NCBI GenBank assembly: GCA_013697015.1
Contig: JACCXL010000307.1
Coordinates: forward strand, 1 to 26,088
From: Chthoniobacterales bacterium
Lineage (GTDB): Bacteria; Verrucomicrobiota; Verrucomicrobiia; Chthoniobacterales; UBA10450
DNA length: 26,088 nt
Direction: 5' to 3'
Positions within the stretch are counted from its first letter, which is position 1, and each line of letters opens with the position of its first letter. A model generated the notes under the pieces. The model ran no database searches and had not been told where the DNA came from. It was given only the letters and a program-made list of their open reading frames with translations. The translations under genes were made by a program, and so were the position numbers. Below, in pieces: positions 1-8,485 of the stretch.

Positions 1-1
1 T

Positions 2-655
2 GTAATCGCAAACGTAATCCGTTTCCGCCAGCGTGAGAACGACGAGGTAATGTCCCTTGCCATCGCCCAAGGCGCGCGAACTGGTGGCCTTAGTTTCCTC
101 GTGTTCGGCCTTGCCGTGAATGATCGACGTCGCGGATTCGCTCGCGTACTTGCGCACGCGTTTCCAGACGCTCATGACGTCCCCGCAAGTCGTATCGACA
201 ATCTGGCAGCCGCGCTCCTTGATCTGCTGGAGAATAGAGAGCTCGGTGCCGAAGGCCGGGACAATCACGACATCTTCGGGTTGCAGGTCGACGATCTCCG
301 CCTGCTTGTTTTTCCCCATCAAATTCTTGATACCTAACGACGAAATCTGCTCGTTGACTTCGGGGTTGTGAATGATTTCACCGACGATAAAAAGCCGCCG
401 GTCCTTGAAAACCTTGCGCGCGGCGTAAGCCAGATCAATGGCGCGCTCCACGCCGTAACAAAACCCAAACTGCTTGGCCAGCCGGACGGTCATGCCGCCG
501 ACGGAAATGATTCCACCCTGGCGCCGAACTTTGTCGACGATATCGCTGCGGTAGTGCGATTCGACCTGCTGCTGCACCGCGGTCATCACCTCCGGCGTCC
601 GCAAGTTGACCTTCTCGCGCGCGGTCGTGCCGCTGGATATCAGGTTCGTGCTCAT
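2..655 (-). CDS. ispH: 4-hydroxy-3-methylbut-2-enyl diphosphate reductase (IspH/LytB), 5' part; runs off the window edge
   Basis: Manual translation from ATG at 655: MSTNLISSG...ESHYRSDIVDKVRRQGG...VRLAKQFGFCYGVERAIDLAY...GEIIHNPEVN...IVDTTCGDVMSVWKRV...IIHGKAEHEETKAT. These are the IspH motifs GFCxGVxRA, GxIIHN, DxTC and H...HEE. Not in the ORF track because there is no stop inside the window. Confidence 0.95.
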   Translation of the reverse strand, partial: MSTNLISSGTTAREKVNLRTPEVMTAVQQQVESHYRSDIVDKVRRQGGIISVGGMTVRLAKQFGFCYGVERAIDLAYAARKVFKDRRLFIVGEIIHNPEVNEQISSLGIKNLMGKNKQAEIVDLQPEDVVIVPAFGTELSILQQIKERGCQIVDTTCGDVMSVWKRVRKYASESATSIIHGKAEHEETKATSSRALGDGKGHYLVVLTLAETDYVCDY

Positions 656-738
656 GGCGCTCGTCAAAAAAACATTGTCTTCGCAAAGCGCCTTGCCGGC
701 GCCCCGCGGTCCACCACCACTTTATCTCTGAAGGCGGA

Positions 739-1347
739 TCAGTCTACCAGCAATGGACCGGGAGGATCTTTAAACCAGCTGGCCGACATCATCTGCGCGC
801 GCGGCGGATCGGGATCGCGGCTTTGATCGAGCTTGCGCACGAGGTGGCCGTATTTGGCGTCTTCAGGAAATGATGTCGCGATATGCACCGGCGTGCCGAT
901 CTTCGTCAGCGCGAAAAGCCGCGCCGCGGCTTCACGATGCAGCCGCACGCAGCCGTGCGTGTGCGGGACAGGATGGACAAACCCTTCATGGAATCCGTAG
1001 GCGGGCTTGAATTCACACCAGTAGGCCATGGGATAACCGGCATCGGGCTGGCTCGCGCGGCGTCGGTTTTTCTCCTTATTATAGATGGTGAAATTGCCGG
1101 TCGGCGTCGCGGCGCCGGGTTTGCCGACGTTGCCTTGCACCGCCATCAAAAGGCGATCGCCTTCCACGACGTAAAGGTTCTGAGTCGAGAGGGAGAGCTT
1201 CACTTCCACTTTCGACGGATCGTGCGGGCGATAGGCGGTGACGTGATAGTTGCCGGATGAAACCGTGGACGGTGTGCCGCAACTCGTGAGTAAACCCGCT
1301 ACCGCGAGCGCGCAGCTCGAAAGGAGCAAACGAGAGAGAAGTCGCAT
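739..1347 (-). CDS. L,D-transpeptidase (YkuD family) lipoprotein
   Basis: Signal peptide with lipobox LTSC; TPTGNFTIYNK; catalytic HxxxH...HGCVRL motif. Confidence 0.9.
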   Translation of the reverse strand: MRLLSRLLLSSCALAVAGLLTSCGTPSTVSSGNYHVTAYRPHDPSKVEVKLSLSTQNLYVVEGDRLLMAVQGNVGKPGAATPTGNFTIYNKEKNRRRASQPDAGYPMAYWCEFKPAYGFHEGFVHPVPHTHGCVRLHREAAARLFALTKIGTPVHIATSFPEDAKYGHLVRKLDQSRDPDPPRAQMMSASWFKDPPGPLLVD

Positions 1348-1418
1348 AAGTAAGTATTGGAAAAGCGCACTCGCGGGGCTTTGTCAATTAAACGCCGGCA
1401 TGGAGATGGATCGGCCAG

Positions 1419-2408
1419 CTACTTTTTCGCAGTGGACGCGGGAATTCTGCCGGCGCGAACGAGGCGCGTTTCAAGGTTTGGGCCGGCGTTCGCGTAGTAA
1501 GGATATTCGACCGGATCACTGGCGAACCGATACCGCCAATGTTTATACATCCAGAGCCAGGGAGCGGGATTCGCCCGCACGACCGATTCGAATCTATCCC
1601 AGGTCGCCTGGACGATCTCTTTTTCGGTCGCCTCGGCCGAAAACTCGATGGGAGGACCGACGACGACGCGACAGCGTCCGGCCGGCAGAGGTTCGGCGAT
1701 GACTGGAATGATGGGAGCGCCCGTTCGCGTATGCAGCCAGGCGTGCGCGTATGTCACCGAGGTCTTGAGGCCGAAGCACTCGATGAAAACGCTCGGTTGC
1801 CGTGTGGAAAGCGTGAGATCAGTGAGGATGGCGACGTGCTGACGGCGTTTCAATGCTTTGAACAAACGAAGGATCGCGCCTTCGCGGGACGCGACCGCGT
1901 GGCCGGAGTGCCGTCGCAAATTCGCGAAGATCGGATCGAGCAGCGGGTTTTTAAATTCTTGCGCGAGGATCAGGAGTGGCACGCCGCAAAAGCCCATCGA
2001 CTTCGCCGCCCACTCGAAGTTGCTGTAGTGAAAGGTGACGAAGATGCAGCTTCGCTCGCGCGCGAGCACAGCGGATTTCGGATCGAACTCGACGTCGATC
2101 CAGCGGCGGAAGTTGGCCTGGGTGAGTCGCGGCGACCAAAGCAGATCGATCATGGTGCACGTAAAATTCTGGTAGGACTGGCGAATCACGCTGGAGCGCT
2201 GCGCCGCTGTCATCTCAAGGCGGAAGGCAGCGAGCAGATTCGCGCGCGCGACTCTGCGCCCGTAGAGATCGAGTCGCGCAGCGATGGTTCCGATGGACTG
2301 CGCGATCCAAAAGCAAACGCGACGCGGCAAAACCGGCACGAGGGCGGCTGCGAGCATCAGCAGGAGCCATTCAAGGCGGTAGCGGAAGCGTTTGAGGAGG
2401 GCGCGCAT
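1419..2408 (-). CDS. Lipid A late acyltransferase (LpxL/HtrB family lysophospholipid acyltransferase)
   Basis: N-terminal membrane anchor; HYSNFE (H-X4-D/E) catalytic motif; AILTDL, FFG-like CFG and P-x-x-WLWMYKHWR C-terminal motif. ATG at 2408; alternative TTG at 2414. Confidence 0.88.
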   Translation of the reverse strand: MRALLKRFRYRLEWLLLMLAAALVPVLPRRVCFWIAQSIGTIAARLDLYGRRVARANLLAAFRLEMTAAQRSSVIRQSYQNFTCTMIDLLWSPRLTQANFRRWIDVEFDPKSAVLARERSCIFVTFHYSNFEWAAKSMGFCGVPLLILAQEFKNPLLDPIFANLRRHSGHAVASREGAILRLFKALKRRQHVAILTDLTLSTRQPSVFIECFGLKTSVTYAHAWLHTRTGAPIIPVIAEPLPAGRCRVVVGPPIEFSAEATEKEIVQATWDRFESVVRANPAPWLWMYKHWRYRFASDPVEYPYYANAGPNLETRLVRAGRIPASTAKK

Positions 2409-2515
2409 CGGCAAAACTCTAGACGTTCCTGTTCCGGCCGCGAGCCGACAAACAAAGCAATGCCCTCGTTGCGCCCAACGATGCGAGCACGCAAGCCCGT
2501 CAGACAGCGCCTCGA

Positions 2516-2543
2516 TTGACTTGAACCTGTTCGATTTTACGTT
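2516..2543 (+). promoter_or_regulatory. Putative sigma70-type promoter of the phosphatase-glyA/zwf/opcA operon
   Basis: TTGACT (2516-2521), 16-nt spacer, TACGTT (2538-2543), 35 nt upstream of the GTG start. Confidence 0.6.
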
Positions 2544-2578
2544 GCCCAGTCGGGGCGCGCCGCCGCGCGAATTTTACT

Positions 2579-4378
2579 GTGAAGAGCGTTCTCTTTGTCT
2601 GTACTGGAAACATCTGCCGAAGTCCGATGGCGGAGGGGCTTTTCCGTCGGCTGGTGGGCAATCGCAAGGATATCGAAGCGACTTCCGCCGGTGTGCACGC
2701 GGTGAGCGGGCAGCCGCCAAGCCTCCACGCCGTGCACGTGCTGCAGAGAAACGGAGTTGATATCAGCAGACTGCGCAGCCAACCGCTCACGGCAGCGCTC
2801 GTGGAACACGCCACTCATATTTTCGTCATGACCGGCGCGCACCTCGATACCATTCAGATGCTCTTTCCGCATGGAGTCGAGAAGTCGTTTTTGCTGCGTG
2901 AATTTGAGGAAGCCGGCATGACGGTGTGGCGCGATGTGCCCGATCCCATCGGCTGCGGGCGCGACGTTTACGAGCTCTGCGCGGAAACCATTAAAAACGC
3001 TTTACCGAGCGTGCTCGCATTCGTAGAACAAACCGAAATCGCTGTGTCCGCCAGCTCCCGTGGCGGCGGAGCTTCTTATTCCATGGGCGATCTGCCACGT
3101 CATATTGAATCCGCGACTTACGTTCCCAATCCTGCCAACAGGGGCGGCGGACTGCGCAACACCGATCCGGAAATCTTCGATGCGATCGCGGCGGAGGAAA
3201 AACGCCAGCGTGAGAACATCGAACTGATCGCGTCTGAGAATTTCACGAGCCGCGCCGTGATGGAGGCGCAGGGTTCCTGCCTCACAAATAAATACGCCGA
3301 AGGTTATCCCGGAAAGCGCTGGTACGGCGGCTGCGAGAATGTGGATAAAGTAGAGCAGCTCGCTCTCGATCGAGCCAAACAGCTTTTCGCCGCCGAGCAC
3401 GTAAACGTGCAGCCGCACAGCGGAGCACAGGCAAATATGGCGGTCTACTTCGCGGCCATCAAACCGGGCGACCGGATCCTGACGATGGACCTCGCGCACG
3501 GCGGACATCTGACGCACGGACATCCGGCTAATTTTTCCGGCAAGTTCTACCAGGTGACGCATTACGGCGTCGACGCGAAGACCGAGCAAATTGATTACGA
3601 CGCGATGCAAAAACAGGCGGAGGACGTGCGCCCTGTCATGATCACGGCCGGCGCTTCGGCTTACCCGCGGCTGCTCGATTTTCCGCGACTGCGGAAGATT
3701 GCTGATTCAGTCGGCGCGCTCCTTTTCATCGACATGGCGCACATCGCGGGGCTGGTCGCCGGAGACCAACACCCGAGCCCGGTTCCACATGCGCAATTCG
3801 TTACCACGACGACGCACAAAAGTTTGCGCGGACCGCGCGGCGGCATCGTGTTGTGCGAGCAGCGTTTTGCGAAAGAGATCGACTCGATGCTTTTCCCCGG
3901 CATTCAGGGTGGACCGCTCATGCACGTAATTGCCGCGAAAGCGGTCTGCTTCCACGAAGCGTTGCAATCATCGTTTCGGGATTACCAGCGCCAGGTCGTG
4001 CTGAACGCCAAAGCGCTCGCGGCCGGCCTGATGAAACATGGTTACCGCATCGTTTCCGGCGGGACCGATAATCATCTCATGCTGATTGATATCCGCCCGA
4101 AAGATCTGAATGGGCGCCAAGCGCAGGAAGTTCTCGATCGCGCGGGCATCACCGTAAATAAAAACGCGATCCCATTCGATACGTTCCCGATCTTCAAACC
4201 CGGTGGGATCCGAGTTGGCACGCCCGCCGTCACGACGCGCGGGATGCGCGAAGAAGAGATGCTCGAGATTGCTGATCTCATGAACGAAGCGCTCAACGGC
4301 CGAAATGATGAGGCGATTCTCGAACGGGTCCGCGGAAAAGTGCGTGAGCTGACGCGGCGTTTTCCGCTGCCGGCGTAG
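2579..4378 (+). CDS. glyA: Fusion of a low-molecular-weight protein phosphatase (aa ~1-150) and serine hydroxymethyltransferase (aa ~190-599)
   Basis: N-terminal [15 protein letters not shown]-loop (CX5R) and DVPDP acid loop. C-terminal [59 protein letters not shown] (PLP lysine), [18 protein letters not shown]. One uninterrupted 599-codon ORF with a GTG start. Confidence 0.95.
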   Translation: MKSVLFVCTGNICRSPMAEGLFRRLVGNRKDIEATSAGVHAVSGQPPSLHAVHVLQRNGVDISRLRSQPLTAALVEHATHIFVMTGAHLDTIQMLFPHGVEKSFLLREFEEAGMTVWRDVPDPIGCGRDVYELCAETIKNALPSVLAFVEQTEIAVSASSRGGGASYSMGDLPRHIESATYVPNPANRGGGLRNTDPEIFDAIAAEEKRQRENIELIASENFTSRAVMEAQGSCLTNKYAEGYPGKRWYGGCENVDKVEQLALDRAKQLFAAEHVNVQPHSGAQANMAVYFAAIKPGDRILTMDLAHGGHLTHGHPANFSGKFYQVTHYGVDAKTEQIDYDAMQKQAEDVRPVMITAGASAYPRLLDFPRLRKIADSVGALLFIDMAHIAGLVAGDQHPSPVPHAQFVTTTTHKSLRGPRGGIVLCEQRFAKEIDSMLFPGIQGGPLMHVIAAKAVCFHEALQSSFRDYQRQVVLNAKALAAGLMKHGYRIVSGGTDNHLMLIDIRPKDLNGRQAQEVLDRAGITVNKNAIPFDTFPIFKPGGIRVGTPAVTTRGMREEEMLEIADLMNEALNGRNDEAILERVRGKVRELTRRFPLPA

Positions 4379-4391
4379 CGCGCAGCGCGTC

Positions 4392-5939
4392 ATGGATCAC
4401 ACCACCAGGCAGCCGCAGTCCAACCCACTGCGCGAAGGGCTCACGAATCGGCCGGTTCCCCAGCCGTGCACGGTCGTCATCTTCGGAGCGACGGGCGATC
4501 TCACGCACCGGAAGCTGATTCCGGCGTTGTACAATATCGCGGCGGACGGCGAGTTGCCTCCCGCCTTGACCGTCGTGGCTGTCGCGCGCAGGGAGAAAAC
4601 CGATGACGGTTTCCGTCAGGAATTGGAAGAGGCGACGCGCAAATATTCGCGCCAGAATGTGCGCGACGAACTCTGGAAGACTTTCGCCCAATCGATCTCC
4701 TACCATCGGACGGAGTTTCACGATTTGGCCGGTTACAAAACGCTGGCGGAGCGGCTGGCGAAGATCGATGAGGAACGCGGGACCGCTGGCAATCGGCTGT
4801 TCTATCTCGCGGTCGCGCCGGATCAGTGCGAACCGATTGTGCGTAACCTGCGCGAAGCCGGGCTGAACAAGACGCGCCAGGACAGCTGGGCTCGCGTCAT
4901 TGTCGAGAAACCATTCGGCACCGACCTCGCGTCGGCGAAGGAACTGAACCAGGTGGTCCGCACTTCTTTTTCCGAAGATCAGACCTACCGGATCGATCAC
5001 TTTCTCGGCAAAGAAACAGCCCAGAACATTCTCGTGCTCCGATTCGCGAACGCGATTTTCGAGCCGCTTTGGAACGCGCGCTATGTCGATCATGTCCAGA
5101 TCACCGCGGCGGAAACGCTTGGGGTGGAAGGGCGCGCCGGTTATTATGAAGGCGCCGGCGCGTTGCGCGACATGGTGCAGAATCATCTTCTGCAACTGCT
5201 CTGTCTGGTCGCGATGGAGCCACCGACTGATCTCGGCGCCGACAGTATTCGCGATGAAAAAGTGAAGGTCGTCCGATCGCTGCGGCGGTTCAGAACGGAC
5301 GAAATCACGCAGCACGTCGTGCGCGGGCAATACGCAGAGGGAGCGATCAACGGCGAAAAAGCACTTGGATACCGGCAAGAAGAAAAAGTCAGCCCGGACT
5401 CAAAGACGGAGACCTTCGTGGCGTTGCGGGTCCTCGTGGACAATTGGCGCTGGGCGGACGTGCCGTTTTTTGTGCGGGTCGGGAAGCGCCTCCCTAAGTC
5501 CGGCACGGAAATATCGGTCCATTTCAAAAAAGCGCCGCTCGTCTTGTTTAACAAGGAAGCCTCCACGCTCGATCAAAACGTGCTCGTGATTCGGATTCAG
5601 CCGGACGAAGGAATCTCTCTGCGCATGCAGGCGAAAATGCCGGGAACGAGTTTTCGGATCGAGCCGGTCAAAATGGATTTTCACTACGGAACTTCCTTCG
5701 GCAGAGCAAGCCCGGAGGCGTACGAGCGGCTCCTCCTGGATGCGATGAGCGGCGATGCCACGCTCTTCGCGCGCCGCGACGAGGTGGAAGAAGCGTGGGC
5801 GTTCATCGATACAATCGAAAACGCGTGGGCGGCAAAGGAGAACGTGCCCGGGCTCTTCAATTACCCTGCCGGATCGTGGGGTCCGGAGGAAGCGGACGAG
5901 CTGCTCGCGCGGCACGGCCGCAGCTGGCGGCGTTTATAG
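4392..5939 (+). CDS. zwf: Glucose-6-phosphate 1-dehydrogenase
   Basis: GATGDL Rossmann motif, [37 protein letters not shown]. Confidence 0.97.
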   Translation: MDHTTRQPQSNPLREGLTNRPVPQPCTVVIFGATGDLTHRKLIPALYNIAADGELPPALTVVAVARREKTDDGFRQELEEATRKYSRQNVRDELWKTFAQSISYHRTEFHDLAGYKTLAERLAKIDEERGTAGNRLFYLAVAPDQCEPIVRNLREAGLNKTRQDSWARVIVEKPFGTDLASAKELNQVVRTSFSEDQTYRIDHFLGKETAQNILVLRFANAIFEPLWNARYVDHVQITAAETLGVEGRAGYYEGAGALRDMVQNHLLQLLCLVAMEPPTDLGADSIRDEKVKVVRSLRRFRTDEITQHVVRGQYAEGAINGEKALGYRQEEKVSPDSKTETFVALRVLVDNWRWADVPFFVRVGKRLPKSGTEISVHFKKAPLVLFNKEASTLDQNVLVIRIQPDEGISLRMQAKMPGTSFRIEPVKMDFHYGTSFGRASPEAYERLLLDAMSGDATLFARRDEVEEAWAFIDTIENAWAAKENVPGLFNYPAGSWGPEEADELLARHGRSWRRL

Positions 5940-5946
5940 GAACACC

Positions 5947-6990
5947 ATGGGCGCTGTGGCCACGGAAGAGTTTAGCGCCGGTTTGCCGGTTCGAGTTGGC
6001 GACATCGGTCGCGAATTAAAAAAGCTTTGGGACGTTAACGGCGGCGCCATGACCCGCGCCTCGTTGATCAATCTGGCGGTTTACAGCGAAGCGCCCGGAT
6101 CGCTCACCAAGAACACAGAGCTAATCTCGAAGATCACTCAGAACCACGCCTGCCGAGCAATCGTAGTAGAGGCGGATTGCACGGCCGAGCACGCCTCCGT
6201 GGAGGCATGGATCAGCGCGCATTGCCGCATCAGCCGCGCGGGGAGCAAGCAGATTTGCTCCGAGCAACTTTCATTTCATCTCAAAGCCGAGGCGGCAGCG
6301 TTGCTCCCTAACATCGTTTTCTCGCAGCTCGATTCCGATCTCCCCTTTTACCTCTGGTGGCAGGGTGAATTCCATGATGCGATGGACTCCCAACTTTGGA
6401 CCTGGGTCGATCGCTTGATCTACGACAGTCGCGCCTGGTCCGATTTCACTGCCCAAATGGAGCGCGTGGAAACGGCCCAGACCGAGGCCAGGCAGCGGGT
6501 CGTCCTCTGTGACCTGAACTGGACGCGCTTGATGCAGTTTCGGCTCGCGATCGCACAATTTTTTGATCATCCGTGCATGCACGAGTACTTTGAGGAAATT
6601 GAACGAGTCGAAATAGACTTCCATCCCGGTTTTCGCTCGACGGCGGTGCTACTGGTGGGCTGGCTGGCGGCGCAGTTGCAATGGCGCGAGCTGCGACAAT
6701 CAGGCAAACTTTCGCTCACGTTCGTTGATGCGGCGGGCAATCGGATCGCGGCTGCGCTAAAGGAGGTCAATGGTCAACCCATCAGCCGTTGCGCGCTGCA
6801 TTGTGGAAAGATCGAGTTCCGCGTCACACATGAAGCCGCGGAGGATTTGCTGCATGTCTGGAGCGCGGCTGAAGGCGGAAACCGGCTGGATGAGCTCATG
6901 CCCGCCGGCTCGGACGATCCGGTTGCGCTGGTGAACGAGGAACTGATGCGGGGCGGGCCGCATCGCGTCTATCTGCGCGAGTTCAACTGA
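5947..6990 (+). CDS. opcA: Glucose-6-phosphate dehydrogenase assembly/effector protein OpcA
   Basis: Directly downstream of zwf (7-nt gap). TRASLINL, HACRAI, ICSEQ, DLPFYLWW, DRLIYDS, DLNWTRL and GWLAAQL motifs typical of OpcA. True start is ATG 5947; the ORF-track extension from 5755 overlaps zwf. See the finding on the TGA at 6988. Confidence 0.9.
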   Translation: MGAVATEEFSAGLPVRVGDIGRELKKLWDVNGGAMTRASLINLAVYSEAPGSLTKNTELISKITQNHACRAIVVEADCTAEHASVEAWISAHCRISRAGSKQICSEQLSFHLKAEAAALLPNIVFSQLDSDLPFYLWWQGEFHDAMDSQLWTWVDRLIYDSRAWSDFTAQMERVETAQTEARQRVVLCDLNWTRLMQFRLAIAQFFDHPCMHEYFEEIERVEIDFHPGFRSTAVLLVGWLAAQLQWRELRQSGKLSLTFVDAAGNRIAAALKEVNGQPISRCALHCGKIEFRVTHEAAEDLLHVWSAAEGGNRLDELMPAGSDDPVALVNEELMRGGPHRVYLREFN

Positions 6991-7008
6991 GTGCGCGAGC
7001 TATTATAG

Positions 7009-8475
7009 CTACGGCAGCGCGGCTTCCGGCGTCGCCATTTTCGCAGGTTCGGAAAAAGCTGGCACTTGCGGCTGCTGGAGCAGCTCGGGGTCCTGTAAAC
7101 GTCCGTCGTACACTTCCGACCAGGTTTGCTGATTCATCGAGCACATAGGGACTGCGACCCACTCGCCGTCGCGTTTGACCGCGCCCTTGAACACACAGGA
7201 ATCGAGTCGCGCTTTGACCACCGGATCCTGGTCCGCCTTCGCTACCTGGTTTGCATCCATGAAGTTGTGGATCCCGAGTCCGAGCGTGTGCACCTGCCCG
7301 CGCAGCAGCGCCGGCAATATCTCGCGCGGAGCTTCCCGCTGGAGAAAATGGCGGAGCAATTGCACCGCTAAACGCATTGCGAGCACCGGATGTTGAAAGA
7401 GTACGCCGGCCAGGCGGTAAGGTGGGGTCCCGGCATCGTCATTCACGAGCGAGAGACCGCCCGCGATGCGGAGACCATCACCGAAAATTTCCTGGAACTT
7501 CTCGTCGTCCGGCAAAAGCGGGAAAAATTTTCCGGAGGGCCGCGCGATCAAAAGCGGAACCCAGCTATTGCAATCCGGGTGCCCGAAGATGGAAGTGTCG
7601 CGTCGCAATGGGCGGCCGACGCCCTCGCAGATTTTCGCCCACACATCCGCGGAGGTGATAGGACGTTGCGAGAAAATGGTGCGGCCTGTATCGGCTTCGG
7701 GTTGAAAGCTGAGCATCCGCCAGATGTAGGTGCGCTGCGGATCGGTCAGATACCAGCGGATCACTTCCGGCACGTCGTCGATATTGCGTCGCGTAACCGT
7801 GAAACTGAGCGCGTACTCCAGCGTCGCGCCGGTCTTCTCTCGAACCTTCAGCGCGAGATCCGTGAAAGCCTGACGCACCGGGTGCAGATCGGCTTCGCAT
7901 TTGATCCGTCCGATCGGATAGCCATGGCGGCCGGCCTGCGTTATGTCCACATGCACCGAGATTTGCCGCAGACCGCCCTCGCGCACGAGGCGCTCGAGGA
8001 ATTCCGGATGCTCGATGAGAGTCTGGCCGTGCGTCATCAGCATTGGAATGGAGCCGACAGAGTAGGCGTAACGAACGATCTCGATCAATTCGTCGGCCCG
8101 CCCTGATTTCCAATACGCGTCCGCCACGTCGCCACCCGTGATTTGCAAACCGCCGCCCGGGCCCTGGAAATGCCGGTTGGCGTCGATCTGCTCTTTGACC
8201 TGCGCCAAAGATGGGATGGGGATTGCATTCGCATTTTTCGGCAAATAGCAATGTGTGCAATGAAACGAGCAGTAGCTCGCACCGAGCGTGAAGCCACAAT
8301 GCGTCAGGTGCCGGCCGGAGATTTGATTGCGCGTCCGAAGTGCGGCCGGCAAAGAGTCCCACCGCTCCTGCAAAACCCGTGCTTTTTCCGCGACGATTGG
8401 GCGGCGGAAAGCGGTCCAGCGCGTGCGCCAGCGGGACGACGCGTACGCGGCGCTCTGCTCGATCAACGCGACCAT
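7009..8475 (-). CDS. Radical SAM protein of unknown function
   Basis: CSFHCTHC (CX3CX2C) motif, QITGGD, MLMTHG, ISVHVD, FTVTRRN, SFQP core. C-terminal HPDC, HNFM, RLDSC and VPMCSMN motifs. Confidence 0.9.
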   Translation of the reverse strand: MVALIEQSAAYASSRWRTRWTAFRRPIVAEKARVLQERWDSLPAALRTRNQISGRHLTHCGFTLGASYCSFHCTHCYLPKNANAIPIPSLAQVKEQIDANRHFQGPGGGLQITGGDVADAYWKSGRADELIEIVRYAYSVGSIPMLMTHGQTLIEHPEFLERLVREGGLRQISVHVDITQAGRHGYPIGRIKCEADLHPVRQAFTDLALKVREKTGATLEYALSFTVTRRNIDDVPEVIRWYLTDPQRTYIWRMLSFQPEADTGRTIFSQRPITSADVWAKICEGVGRPLRRDTSIFGHPDCNSWVPLLIARPSGKFFPLLPDDEKFQEIFGDGLRIAGGLSLVNDDAGTPPYRLAGVLFQHPVLAMRLAVQLLRHFLQREAPREILPALLRGQVHTLGLGIHNFMDANQVAKADQDPVVKARLDSCVFKGAVKRDGEWVAVPMCSMNQQTWSEVYDGRLQDPELLQQPQVPAFSEPAKMATPEAALP

Positions 8476-8485
8476 AGGCAGCGCG

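Noticed and set aside
50-826. Plus-strand ORFs 50-337, 120-371 and 368-826, and minus-strand ORF 435-686
   Set aside because: Shadows of ispH, which occupies 2-655 on the minus strand in another frame.
1382-1387. Perfect TTGACA upstream of the L,D-transpeptidase gene
   Set aside because: No -10-like hexamer at 16-18 nt; the nearest (AATACT) is 23 nt away, so I did not call a promoter.
1539-2519. 326-aa plus-strand ORF
   Set aside because: Antisense to the lipid A acyltransferase; Arg/Gly/Asp-rich with no family motif; typical of high-GC shadow ORFs.
2544-2578. ZTP (pfl) or THF riboswitch upstream of glyA
   Set aside because: The leader is about 30 nt and lacks the conserved motifs.
4293-5378. 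361-aa minus-strand ORF
   Set aside because: Antisense shadow of the highly conserved zwf; no independent motif.
5755-5946. N-terminal extension of opcA in the ORF track
   Set aside because: Overlaps the zwf 3' end; ATG 5947 fits the operon spacing and the family N-terminus.
6988-6990. Genome-wide TGA reassignment (alternative genetic code)
   Set aside because: TGA terminates the L,D-transpeptidase, UDG, DUF362, flippase, wzm and epimerase genes at expected positions, and no conserved gene has internal TGA.
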